Origin: a virus
Lineage: Duplodnaviria; Caudoviricetes
Strand: one strand, 5' to 3'
DNA length: 64,000 bases
IMG/VR virus record: IMGVR_UViG_3300025600_000004
Coordinates: 15,564-79,563 of that record
Part shown: in pieces, positions 27,752-38,264 of the stretch
Layout: each line of letters begins with the position of its first letter
How positions within the stretch are numbered: position 1 is the stretch's first letter
Position numbers and translations under genes: made by a program
The notes under the pieces: model-generated
Database searches by the model: none
What the model was told of the DNA's origin: nothing
What the model saw: only the letters and a program-made list of their open reading frames with translations

Positions 27752-28420
27752 ATGAATAACTTAGTCACAATGACAAACGGCACAGCCACAGTAACATCTC
27801 GGCAGGTCGCGGAGAACTTTGGGAAGGAACATAGTAAGGTCAAGGCATCCATAGAAAATATCATGGAAGAATTAGGTAGCGCGGAAATCGGCGACACCTC
27901 AATGTTCACAGTGGGATGCTATGTAGATCAGTGGAATCGCAATCAGGCAGAGTTTACAATGAATCGCGATGGCTGGACTTTGCTGACTATGGGATTTACT
28001 GGTTCCAAAGCCCTTCAATGGAAGCTCAAGTACATCGCAGCATTCAATGATATGGAGAAGCAACTTAGTACCCATGCAATTCCACAGACTCGCGCAGAGG
28101 CTCTGAGACTTGCTGCGGATGCGATGGAACAACTTGATTCAGCCAAGACTCTCATAGAAATCATGGAGCCCAAAGCTAAAGCCTTCGACATATTCATTGA
28201 CTGCCAAGGTTACTACTCAGTTGGCACAGCAGCCAAGATGTTGAACACTGGTCGCAATAGACTCTTCGCATTCATGGCAATTCATAAAATCATCATGGAT
28301 AGCAATGTTCCCTATCAATGCTATGTAGACAGAGGGTACTTTGCGGTCAAAGGTCATAATGGAATCACCTATGTATCTCCCAAGGGTCTCCAATGGTTGT
28401 CGGAGAAACTCTTAGCTTAA
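27752..28420 (+). CDS. Rha-family regulator with C-terminal ANT/KilAC antirepressor domain
   Basis: VTSRQVAENFGKEH, MNRDGWTLLTMGFTGSKALQWKLKYIAAFNDME, TAAKMLNTGRNRLF. Confidence 0.9.
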   Translation: MNNLVTMTNGTATVTSRQVAENFGKEHSKVKASIENIMEELGSAEIGDTSMFTVGCYVDQWNRNQAEFTMNRDGWTLLTMGFTGSKALQWKLKYIAAFNDMEKQLSTHAIPQTRAEALRLAADAMEQLDSAKTLIEIMEPKAKAFDIFIDCQGYYSVGTAAKMLNTGRNRLFAFMAIHKIIMDSNVPYQCYVDRGYFAVKGHNGITYVSPKGLQWLSEKLLA

Positions 28421-28795
28421 CTATGCCCACACTGTTTCCCAAAGTTTCCAAGGAGGTGATACAATGGACAGCTTCAGATTCAAACTCAGTAATCCTGAGT
28501 CCCTAGGACATGACTTCGAATACCTAGCAACCAAAGTCACTCCAGGGAGGTACAAGGTATCATGGACTGACAAAGGAGTGCTACAGGCAGAGGACTTCGG
28601 ACTCTTTGAGGTCAGAGACTCTATCAAGGATGGTACTTGGGTGATCGTAGAATAGTCGAAGTATAAGGAGGTAACAATGGAATTACTTAGTCAATACAAT
28701 GCTATCATATGTCAAGTCTTAGTAATCATATGCATACTGAAGTCATCATGGCATTACTGGAAAGGCGATGTAACCAAGGCAAACTTTGAGATGCT

Positions 28796-29134
28796 ATGGG
28801 CAATCTTGTTAAACATGGGAATATAAGGAGGAATAACATGGAAATCAACATTAGAACAATGTCAACAATGGAGTCGCTAAAATCCAAGGAACTCAGAGTC
28901 GCAGGGTACATAGACAAATTCCTAGCTTTTGCAAAGTACATCGAAGGTAAGGCATTGGCATTCCAGAGAAATTCCACAGAACAACTACGGGATGACCTCG
29001 CCAAACAACGATCCATCCGAGCAGACTACTTGATCACCTTGGCACTAGAGGCTCAAAGGGTTAACGATGAAATCGATGAGATTACTGAGGCTCATGGCAG
29101 ACATAGTGAGAATCTGGAGATGTACAAGGGTTAA
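28796..29134 (+). CDS. Hypothetical coiled-coil protein (likely start ATG near 28838)
   Basis: AGGAGG RBS upstream of MEINIRT. Confidence 0.5.
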   Translation: MGNLVKHGNIRRNNMEINIRTMSTMESLKSKELRVAGYIDKFLAFAKYIEGKALAFQRNSTEQLRDDLAKQRSIRADYLITLALEAQRVNDEIDEITEAHGRHSENLEMYKG

Positions 29135-29227
29135 CTATGTGCACTGTGTTTCCAAAAGTTTCCTAGGAATACAAAGTTTCCTCCAAGGCGTACATCGGGA
29201 CGACCACGTAGCGAAGGAGATTATAAC

Positions 29228-29845
29228 ATGGCATTTTTGAACAAAGTAAACGGTGGTAATAACTTAGTAACTCCAAAGGGTAACGTAGAATTCTCAATGA
29301 TTAACACTGCTCAGGATTTCTTCAAAGAGAAATACTACCATAATATCACAATGTCATTCGATGAAACTACGGACGCGAAGTTCACTGCAACAATGGAAGC
29401 CCTGCACAATGCCATCGAAGAACTACCAGAAAACAAAGGAAAGAAATGGATGCCTGAGCATAGACTGGGGTACTTCGAAGATAAGAACGGTAAGAAACTG
29501 TGGAAATTCAAGACCTATGCCTTCGAAGTATCCACAGATAACACAACTCCTAAGAAACCAGTGTTCGTCGCAGATAAATTCCAGAAACCATTGCCTGATA
29601 CTACGATTGGCAGAGGCTCCATCGCTCAAGTCCAGTTTACAGCTAAGTGGTCATATGAATCGAAGAACAACTGCGGAATTTCACTGTGGTTGGAGGGTGT
29701 CATGGTTCATGATTTGGTAGAAGTCGGTGGATCGAAGATGAACTTTGCCTTCGAAGAACCTAAGATGTCCTTTGTTCCTGAAGTTGCTCCGAAGACCACT
29801 ACGGCTCCATCGACCACCATCGGTGACGAAGAAATCCCATTCTAG
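29228..29845 (+). CDS. Single-stranded DNA-binding protein, T7 gp2.5-like
   Basis: KFKT, IGRGS.AQV, GISLWLEGVMV, acidic tail ending DEEIPF. Confidence 0.8.
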   Translation: MAFLNKVNGGNNLVTPKGNVEFSMINTAQDFFKEKYYHNITMSFDETTDAKFTATMEALHNAIEELPENKGKKWMPEHRLGYFEDKNGKKLWKFKTYAFEVSTDNTTPKKPVFVADKFQKPLPDTTIGRGSIAQVQFTAKWSYESKNNCGISLWLEGVMVHDLVEVGGSKMNFAFEEPKMSFVPEVAPKTTTAPSTTIGDEEIPF

Positions 29846-30530
29846 GCATAAGTGGTCGCAACCATGTTGCTCGCACAACTATGTCCACCCTGTTTCCCAG
29901 AGTTTCCTACGATCACACAGGGAGCATGGAGTCATCAAACTCCACTCCCATACAAAGGAGTTAACAATGAAAGTCAATGTAAGCATCGTAACAGAACGTA
30001 GATTCACATTGGATATGTCAGAGGATGAAGCTAGAACACTAAGAAGCCTAGCCCCTAACATCGGATACAAGCAGATCACGGGATTCGGTGGCGGTCATAG
30101 TATAGCAGAGAAAGGCGATGAGTTATTCAAGGACATTAGTGAGACTCTTAGAAGCATCCTATGAACACGCAGGACTACATCGTAATCTGCGGAAAGCCCA
30201 TAGTACTCCCAGAATGGCTGAGTCCCTTAGATATGCCCAGCGATTCGCAGGACTACATGGAATACTTGGACTACAGCGAGGACATAGGTAACTTTAATTG
30301 AGCTTTGAATAGCGATGTAAGCGTAGGAGTACAAAGTTGCACCAGCGTCCTCTGAGGGCGTTACAATGAGAAACGGAGGAATATCAATGATTAGTATGTT
30401 TGTCGCAGGTGCTTTGTTCACATCGATAGCCTTAGATGTATTGCGTAGAGATTGCAATGGATTAACAGTGTTCAATACAGTAGCTTGCATAGGGAACATA
30501 TGGTGTGCGTTAAATTAAGGAGGAATAACA

Positions 30531-30911
30531 ATGGTTAACTCAGCAGAAACCCAGCTTGCAATGGAAACAGTGTTGCAGTCAATGAGAAACGTAGGCTCCC
30601 AGTTATCAGCATTGAAGTCCAAGGTTAGATTCTACAATAATGCATTGGATAATCTTAGACACATCCGTGAGTTCAATGAGACTATGACTTGCTTAGAAAT
30701 CTTAGATCATGACAAGGAAGTCCATCGGATTTCTAAGGAGAGGCGCGTCATCAAGGATGAGATCATGGTACTCGGTGCATTCAAAGGATTATACGATGAC
30801 AACCCTGGACTTAGGGATGCGATGCAGAACGTGGTGAATTCTATGGAGTGTGCGAAGAGGCGGGTGGGGAGTCAGAGGTATTTTCTAAAAGACACTGGTG
30901 GCGTGGTTTAA
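30531..30911 (+). CDS. Hypothetical protein
   Basis: AGGAGG RBS; stop abuts motif copy. Confidence 0.55.
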   Translation: MVNSAETQLAMETVLQSMRNVGSQLSALKSKVRFYNNALDNLRHIREFNETMTCLEILDHDKEVHRISKERRVIKDEIMVLGAFKGLYDDNPGLRDAMQNVVNSMECAKRRVGSQRYFLKDTGGVV

Positions 30912-30964
30912 CTACGCATACTGTGTTGCCCGAAGTTTCCTGAGAATGCGGAGGAGGTGATTCA

Positions 30965-32164
30965 TTGATAATCAAAGTAATCGATGCTGGCTGTGGTGAA
31001 GGTAAGACGACCTATGCTGCTACAATGATTAACCAGAATCCAGAGAAGAGCTATGTGTTCATTACACCGTACATCAATGAGGTCGAGAATATGAAGGACA
31101 AAAGGTGTCCTATGGCAAACTTCAAGCAGCCAACTCAGCGTGGCGAAGGTAAATTCGGTGATTTCCATAGACTCTTGGTTCAAGGAGATAACATAGCTAG
31201 TACACACGCGTTATTCCAAAGGTCAACCCAGGAAACCATGGATCTCATTGAAAGCCATGACTATACATTGATACTCGATGAGGTCATGAATGTACTCGAA
31301 GAATTACCTTTGAAGAAAGATGATTTACCTACGATACTTAGTCAATCATTGGCTCACGTAGATGACGGTGGATTCCTCGTATGGGATGCTAAGGAGTACG
31401 ATGGCCGATACAATGATGTCAAGATCATGTGTAACAACAAGAGCCTCTTTGTAGTCAATGATTGTGTGCTGATGTGGACATTCCCAGCAGAGGTGTTCAA
31501 GTGCTTCAGAGAAGTCTATGTTCTCACCTATATGTTCTCAGCGCAGATTCAGAGATATTACTATGACCTCCACGGCATCAGCTATGAATATTACAGTGTT
31601 GCGATGAATGCCGATGGACGCACTGCCAGTCTTATGCAATACAAAGAGAATGGCAAGGCTCCCAAGGGAACAGTGGACATATACGAAGGCAAACTGAATA
31701 TCATCGGTGATGGCATGACAGCATTGAGCAAGTCTTGGTATCTGAAGAATCGCTATGCAAAGATCGAGGTGCTCAGGAATAATACATTGAATTACTTCGT
31801 TCATATCACAAAGTCTAAATCTAAGTTCAACCTATGGACAACCTTCAAGGACTACAAGAACAAAGTGAGTGGCAAAGGATACTCCAGAGGATTCCTTGCA
31901 AGCAATGCCAGGGCAACCAATGAATATAAGGATAGAACTACGGTTGCATATACAATCAATAAATTTCTAAGTCCAATCTTAGTATCATTCTTTGCTAGAC
32001 ATGGCATCAGTGTAGACCAAGACATGTTTGCTACCTCAGAGTTAGTACAGTTCATCTACAGATCAGCCCTAAGAGAAGACCAAAGAATATCATTGTACAT
32101 ACCAAGTGAACGTATGAGGACTTTGCTGAAACAATGGTTGTTGCAATGGAAGCAACAGAATTAA
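30965..32164 (+). CDS. SF2 helicase-like P-loop protein (possible origin-binding/initiator)
   Basis: Walker A GCGEGKT, Walker B LILDE, LVQFIYRSALR motif VI-like. Confidence 0.65.
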   Translation: MIIKVIDAGCGEGKTTYAATMINQNPEKSYVFITPYINEVENMKDKRCPMANFKQPTQRGEGKFGDFHRLLVQGDNIASTHALFQRSTQETMDLIESHDYTLILDEVMNVLEELPLKKDDLPTILSQSLAHVDDGGFLVWDAKEYDGRYNDVKIMCNNKSLFVVNDCVLMWTFPAEVFKCFREVYVLTYMFSAQIQRYYYDLHGISYEYYSVAMNADGRTASLMQYKENGKAPKGTVDIYEGKLNIIGDGMTALSKSWYLKNRYAKIEVLRNNTLNYFVHITKSKSKFNLWTTFKDYKNKVSGKGYSRGFLASNARATNEYKDRTTVAYTINKFLSPILVSFFARHGISVDQDMFATSELVQFIYRSALREDQRISLYIPSERMRTLLKQWLLQWKQQN

Positions 32165-32913
32165 CAATGAACCCTTGTATTCCGTGGCTTGGCGGGGTGT
32201 TACCCTTAAAAGAAACTATGAATACTTAGGGAGGGACGAGGAACACTGACGCATTCGCCACGGGCTCACTTGTCGGTCAGCTACGCTTCCCAATCACTAA
32301 CATATGATAATTGTGAGCAAAGCGAACGTTGGTAGCATAGCGGACAACTCGTTCCTACCTCGGAACATAGGGAACCTAAGACCACCATTGACCATCTGTG
32401 TCACTGATCCACAGCAATCCCAATGTCCACTTAGTTAACTATGAATACAAGGAGGTTAACCAATGTATCAACCAATGATGCCAATGTCACCCTTCAAAGT
32501 ACAGCCAACGCATGACGGTGAAAACTACAGTGCATCCATTGAATATACAGTTCTCTATGGCTACATCTGTGAGACTATGGATGTCTTCGTAATCCGAGGG
32601 AACAATGGTCGTCCAGAGAATCTTCAGAGCCACGAAGTTACGGTGGTGTTGCTATGAAAATACAGATAACCGATAGAGTCCTATGGTTGGACAAAGTGAA
32701 CCTTGAACTCCAGGAAATCTATGACACCAGAGCCACAGAGAATGCAGAGATGGAGGCGTTACCCTGGTATCGCAGTATATTCATCGGAACCTTTGACTAC
32801 CCAAGCATGTACAGGTTTAATGCTAAGTATGACCTAGAACGATTTAAGACAGCATTGGAATCCGAGGGCACTGGGAATATCTATGTAGGCGCAGATGTGC
32901 TGAGGTATTTGCT

Positions 32914-33363
32914 ATGACAACTAGGAGACCCCGAACCCAATGCACCCATAAGAAACAATGTATATCCAAGCTGTGTGGTGACTGCAAAGAAGGCTTAGGC
33001 AGCAGTGATCACTTCACTGAGAAGCCCAAGAAACAGCCATTGACACCTTTGATATTCCATGCTCTCCCACAGGCACAAAGGCTCCAACAACTAGCATTGA
33101 TATACATGGCACGATGTACTACCGATGGTTTTACGAAGGCTGGTCTGTTCAAACTCAGTAGATACTTTGCCACCATTGATCCTCAGCATGTGCAGTGTTT
33201 CTTTGACTACATCTATGGGATGTCAGAGAATGCCGAAGTTAATCTCTATGACATCTATGATAAGTCGAGGGCGTGGCAGTTGAATCTTAGGTTGACTGCG
33301 AATAAGCCGACTGCCGAGGTTGCACAGTATCCAAGCCTCTTAGATTGTCTCAATGGATTATAA
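32914..33363 (+). CDS. Hypothetical protein
   Basis: ATG overlaps upstream stop; Cys-rich N-terminus. Confidence 0.5.
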   Translation: MTTRRPRTQCTHKKQCISKLCGDCKEGLGSSDHFTEKPKKQPLTPLIFHALPQAQRLQQLALIYMARCTTDGFTKAGLFKLSRYFATIDPQHVQCFFDYIYGMSENAEVNLYDIYDKSRAWQLNLRLTANKPTAEVAQYPSLLDCLNGL

Positions 33364-34059
33364 GGAGGAATAACAATGATAATCAAAGCCCGCATCACGT
33401 TCATCAATGGTAAGACAATGGAAATACAAGATGAAGCCAAGAACTTCCGAAGCTTTGCCAGGACACTATGTAGGACGCAATGGAGGATCTTTGGAGACAA
33501 AGCATTCAACGCTGAGACTATATGTACTATTGAGGAGGTCACAGAATGACAATGTAAACCAAAGTACCCATCGTAGTAACAAGGAGGTCACAGTTATGAT
33601 AAGTAAACTACTATGTAAATTCCTAGACCACAACTTCGAGTCCATCGGATTCTACAACTCATACTATTGTAGTCGATGTAAGTCATGGGTGAAGCTATGA
33701 TCCGATGGCAAACACAGAAAGTCACTGCCATTCAAGGCAAGTACAGTATCACCATTGAACGCCAAAGTTGGGACGGTAGATACGTAGGAGCCATAGATAT
33801 CTGGGATGATCACAAAGGATATCAACGATTCGGTGGATTCAGCAGTATAACTATCGAGTCAGCACAGGCTGTAGCAAAGGAACTTGTGAGACTCATGGAG
33901 GTCACCGATGAAACATAGATGTTCAAAACTGCCACGCAATGTAAACGTAGAACACGACGCATCCTGGGGATGGCTATGGACTACAAAGGATACGATGGCT
34001 GCAGTGAATTATTGCCCGATCTGCGGAGTTGAACTAAGGAAAATCAAGGAGGTAAATCA

Positions 34060-34962
34060 ATGAAACTCATAGCAATCAAAACTAAGGATTCGGTGTATAT
34101 CTCAGATAACATTGACAACTCAGGCTACTACAGTTCAGCCCTCGGAAATCTATTGTTCGACGGTGTAAAACCTGAGACAACCTATAATAGAACATGGTTC
34201 AAGCTCCCTGGCATTCCTAAGACCATCCAAAAGTTAAACAAGGGTGGCAGAGTAAACCGCAGATTCACATTGAAGGATGGGTTTCCTGAGACTGCGAAGA
34301 CTCCTCAGTTAATCACATGGCAACAGTGGAATGCAGAGGATGATGATGGTGACTATACGCTATTCACTGATGTCCGAGGGTTGTACGAAGAGCAGTACGA
34401 GATGTCTGAGGATGAACTGGTTGACGTAGAATTCTCACTGAACATCATTGAAGAACTCGAAGAATTTACTATGACCGCAACGAAATATGTGATGACCTAC
34501 AATTTCATAGATATGCTCAATACAAATCCTGTGTTATTGCCATTGAAGCCATGTAGTCTCGATGCTCAACAAAGTTATAACATTATCAGAGCCTATGTTA
34601 AAACTCACATTGACCCAAGGTGGGCAAAGATTACCAGTGATTATGACTTCTGCTTTACTGTGAAGAAAGTCATAGCACTCACTGAGGCCGAGGAATATGC
34701 AGTGGATATCAATAATTTAGGATTTGGTAAAAAGAGGAAGCCCAAGTATGAAACTAGGTATCGTAAAACCAGGGAAACCGAGGTATACGAAGTTGCTCCT
34801 AAGTCATATCAAAGCTATTCCATAGTTCAACCCTTCGCTGGCAAGGATTACGAAGCATTGCAAAGTAACATCCAAGCATTCCTAGAAGACCTTATGAAAA
34901 CCATCAATGCTCCTTTGATTGACTGCCCACATTGCAATGGATCAGGGATTGTACAATGCTAA
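34060..34962 (+). CDS. Conserved phage hypothetical protein with terminal CPHCNGSG
   Basis: 300 aa ORF with GGAGG RBS. Confidence 0.65.
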   Translation: MKLIAIKTKDSVYISDNIDNSGYYSSALGNLLFDGVKPETTYNRTWFKLPGIPKTIQKLNKGGRVNRRFTLKDGFPETAKTPQLITWQQWNAEDDDGDYTLFTDVRGLYEEQYEMSEDELVDVEFSLNIIEELEEFTMTATKYVMTYNFIDMLNTNPVLLPLKPCSLDAQQSYNIIRAYVKTHIDPRWAKITSDYDFCFTVKKVIALTEAEEYAVDINNLGFGKKRKPKYETRYRKTRETEVYEVAPKSYQSYSIVQPFAGKDYEALQSNIQAFLEDLMKTINAPLIDCPHCNGSGIVQC

Positions 34963-35795
34963 CCATGGGACACAACCTACGGCACTCCCTAGACTTACTA
35001 CGAGCTCTCATGGCAGTTCATAGAGAACATGATACCTATGAGAACAGAGAAGTGCTGAGGCTGGCACGAGAAGAATTCGAGGAATTGAACGATGTGTTTC
35101 TTAGGATTACTGGGGAACGGAGTCCATGGAGAACGGAGGATAAACGATGATCACAATGTTAAGACCGCTGCAAATCGTAGTTAACAATGAATCCTGCGGA
35201 ACATACGTGACTCCATGCAAGAAATACAATGTAGTAGCTATGGACTACAATGAGGACAACGATCTGCGCTTTGTTATCATTGATGATACCTGTGAATTGC
35301 TATGGGTAAGCAGAGGAAATTTCAGAGTATACGAGGAGGTAAGCTATGATAATCAATGACACCTATGAAATCCTAGTAGACGAACGGAACTTTGTACTCA
35401 AGAAGTACATCGAACCCGTGGAGAAGTTCAAGAAGGTCGAAGGTATACGTGAGTCCCAAGGGATGTCGAAGGGCTCCTGGGAGACGCAAGGGTACTACCC
35501 ATCGTTAGCTGCGTGTCTCCGAGGGTATGTCAATGTGGAAACCCGCAGTGTGCCTATGGAGGTCAGTAAATTACTATGGAAACTCGATGCAATCTATGTT
35601 GCCATTGATAGGCTGGAGGTGTCCGATGCATCATAGTTGCGGTGAGATGCCTGGGGATTACTCTGTGAAAACTTGGCGACACGGGAACATAGAATACTGG
35701 GCAGTCTGGGAGTTACATAGTATTTTCAAGGAGTTCAAAGGAATCATAGCTAACAATGTATGCCCATGGTGCGAGGAGAAATTGGAGGTGGAACA

Positions 35796-36674
35796 ATGAT
35801 TAACATAGCTGAGCTCAGTGGTAGACCAAAGGACAAGCTAGTACAAAAGGTGCTCGATGTAGGCAAGGCAAATTCTAAGAAGCTGAAGTTCCCAATGCTA
35901 TTCTCAGAGAAGGTCGATGGAGTATACTGCCTTGCGATGAGAGACGATGACTTCATTAATATCTATAGTCGCACTGGTGAGCAATATACATCTATGAAAC
36001 ACATTGAGTCAATGCTGGGCGATGTAATGGACGATGATGACATTGTAATCTTTGAAGCCTATGAAATCGGCAAAGAACAGTCAGTCATCAGTGGGCATTG
36101 CAGGGACACCAAGAATCAATTCCCAGACATCATCGCAAGGTGTCATCAGTACCTCACTGTATCAGAGTTTGTCAATGGTGGCACTACGACTGCCCAGGAA
36201 TCCTATGAAGCCCTACTGGATATGATGGCAGACACAGACATCTCAGTTATTCCGCAGAAGCTGGTGCATTCATTGGAAGAAGCAATGGAGTTAACTAAGG
36301 AAATCTGGGCAGGTGGTGGAGAAGGTAGTGTCCTCGTGAGTCCTCATGGAGTATTCTGTGGTGGCAAGAAGAATGCAGAGAAGGTACGGATTAAACAGAG
36401 TGTCACCTATGATCTCGAAGTAGTCGGAGTACTCATTGGCAAGAAAGGGAAGTACGAAGCCACCCTTGGGAAGCTGGTGGTTCGATGGAAGGATGGGAAG
36501 ACCTTGCCAGTCTCAGGAATGACAGATGATCAGAGACATCTATGGTGGAATGATCCGTCGATTATCATAGGCTCCATCATTGAGGTTAAGGCAATGACAG
36601 ATAGTAGCAAGGGATCACTAAGAGAGGCTAGGTTTAAGTCAGTGAGATTCGACAAGGTTACTGCGGATTATTAA
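35796..36674 (+). CDS. ATP-dependent DNA ligase
   Basis: SEKVDG motif I, EGSVL, KVRIK, OB domain VSGMTD...REARF. Confidence 0.9.
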   Translation: MINIAELSGRPKDKLVQKVLDVGKANSKKLKFPMLFSEKVDGVYCLAMRDDDFINIYSRTGEQYTSMKHIESMLGDVMDDDDIVIFEAYEIGKEQSVISGHCRDTKNQFPDIIARCHQYLTVSEFVNGGTTTAQESYEALLDMMADTDISVIPQKLVHSLEEAMELTKEIWAGGGEGSVLVSPHGVFCGGKKNAEKVRIKQSVTYDLEVVGVLIGKKGKYEATLGKLVVRWKDGKTLPVSGMTDDQRHLWWNDPSIIIGSIIEVKAMTDSSKGSLREARFKSVRFDKVTADY

Positions 36675-36845
36675 GGAGGCGATGAATAATGGCAGTGTAT
36701 ATTCAATGTGATTACACGGGAGAATGTCGGAAGTACAAAGTTGACTGCGGTGATTGCTCAAGGAATCATTTGGCAGACGAAGATGAGGATTGGGAATTAG
36801 AGGATTGTTTTGACGACTATGAATAACTAAAGGAGGCGATGAATA

Positions 36846-37241
36846 CTGAGAAATCTACTGATGACGTTAGTGCTGGTTGCTCTGATGTCACCAGTGAGTG
36901 GGCAAGGGTTGAGCAGTGAGGTCTTTGATAAGGCTATGGAGGAGCTTAGGCAGCCAAAGTACACCGAAGTAACCATGGAAGTCTCGTACTACACTGCTGA
37001 CGATGATAGCATGGACGGTCTAGGAATTACTGCGAGTGGAACAGTGGCGGTCGAGGGACGCACCGTGGCGATGGGAGCAGAGTATCCATTGGGTACAGTG
37101 ATATGGATGGATGGTCATAGATATGTCTGTGAGGATCGCGGTGGGTACATTGTAGGCGATAGAGTCGATGTGTATGTTGAGGATACTGAGACGGCATTGG
37201 AGCGAGGGAGATCAATGAAGACGGTGAGAGTGGAGGAATAG
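36846..37241 (+). CDS. Secreted 3D-domain (cell-wall) protein; likely CTG start 36846 (track uses ATG 36861)
   Basis: YYTA...GITASG...TVA...CEDRGG..VGDRVDVYV; signal peptide. Confidence 0.85.
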   Translation: MRNLLMTLVLVALMSPVSGQGLSSEVFDKAMEELRQPKYTEVTMEVSYYTADDDSMDGLGITASGTVAVEGRTVAMGAEYPLGTVIWMDGHRYVCEDRGGYIVGDRVDVYVEDTETALERGRSMKTVRVEE

Positions 37242-37607
37242 TGATGAGTAAACTTAGTGAAATCAAGGTGGCAGTGAGTCCATTGAGCAACACAATATTC
37301 GCAGGATATGTCAAGGGTGACCGATGGACTTCTAAGGTAGACGTGACAGACCAGGTTATCAAGGCAGTCATGGAACATCTCAGTGTGGCTCAGTGCGATT
37401 ACGAAGGTAAACTCGGAGTATTGACATTGAAGCTAATTATCCGTGAATAACACAGCGCGATACAGAGGTTTTACCTAGGTAGGACTATGGATTGCTTTGG
37501 TGGAGTGGTGGAGTATGTGTCAGCGGAGTGCTAGGGTGGTATTTCTATGCCTAGATTGTTTCCTAGAGTTTCCTGGGAGTACGAAGAATGCGAAGGAGTG
37601 GTGTAGT

Positions 37608-38264
37608 ATGGCAAAAGGTGATTCGTGCGAAGTCTGCGGAAAATCAGAAGGTAAAGTGTTTGATAGCAAAGTATTTGGAATGAAATTGTGTCAGAAACAC
37701 TATAGCCAAAAACAGACACATGGCAAAACACTAAGCAGAACCTCGGCTGATCCAAACGAAATCGTAATTTACAAAGACTATGCTGAGGTTATAATGTACA
37801 ACAAAAAATGTGAAGAATCAGCAAGAGCCAAGATCGACCTGGAAGATATAGATAAAGTAAAGAAATATAAATGGAATCTTGGAAGCGATAAGTACGCAGT
37901 ATCAAAAACAGATGACCAAAGAAGAGTGGCGATGCATCGGTATCTTATGGATTGCCCAGACGACATGGTTACAGACCATAAATTTGGTGATCGTCTCGAT
38001 AATCGCAAAGAACATCTGAGAAACTGCACGTTCAATGAAAATCTATTAAATCAAAAGAGAGGGTCAAGGAATACATCAGGTTGCAAAGGTGTTAGCTGGG
38101 AACAAAATAAGAGGCACAAGAATGGAGTTTGGTTAGCGAGGATAACTGTGAAGGGTAAGTATTATTTCCTTGGGTACTTTAAAAACTTCGATGACGCTGT
38201 AAGAGCAAGAAAAGCTGCTGAGACAAAATATCAGGGCGAGTTCGCATATAAGGAGGTGATTTAG
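37608..38264 (+). CDS. HNH-AP2 homing endonuclease
   Basis: MHRYLM...DHKFGDRLDNRKEHLR; GCKGVSW...YFLGYFKNFDDAVRARKAAE. Confidence 0.9.
   Translation: MAKGDSCEVCGKSEGKVFDSKVFGMKLCQKHYSQKQTHGKTLSRTSADPNEIVIYKDYAEVIMYNKKCEESARAKIDLEDIDKVKKYKWNLGSDKYAVSKTDDQRRVAMHRYLMDCPDDMVTDHKFGDRLDNRKEHLRNCTFNENLLNQKRGSRNTSGCKGVSWEQNKRHKNGVWLARITVKGKYYFLGYFKNFDDAVRARKAAETKYQGEFAYKEVI

Noticed and set aside
28422-28463. 28-bp motif as a conventional -35/-10 promoter
   Set aside because: Here the RBS follows GTTTCC with no gap, so a start site a few nt downstream would truncate the SD; not excluded for an unusual polymerase
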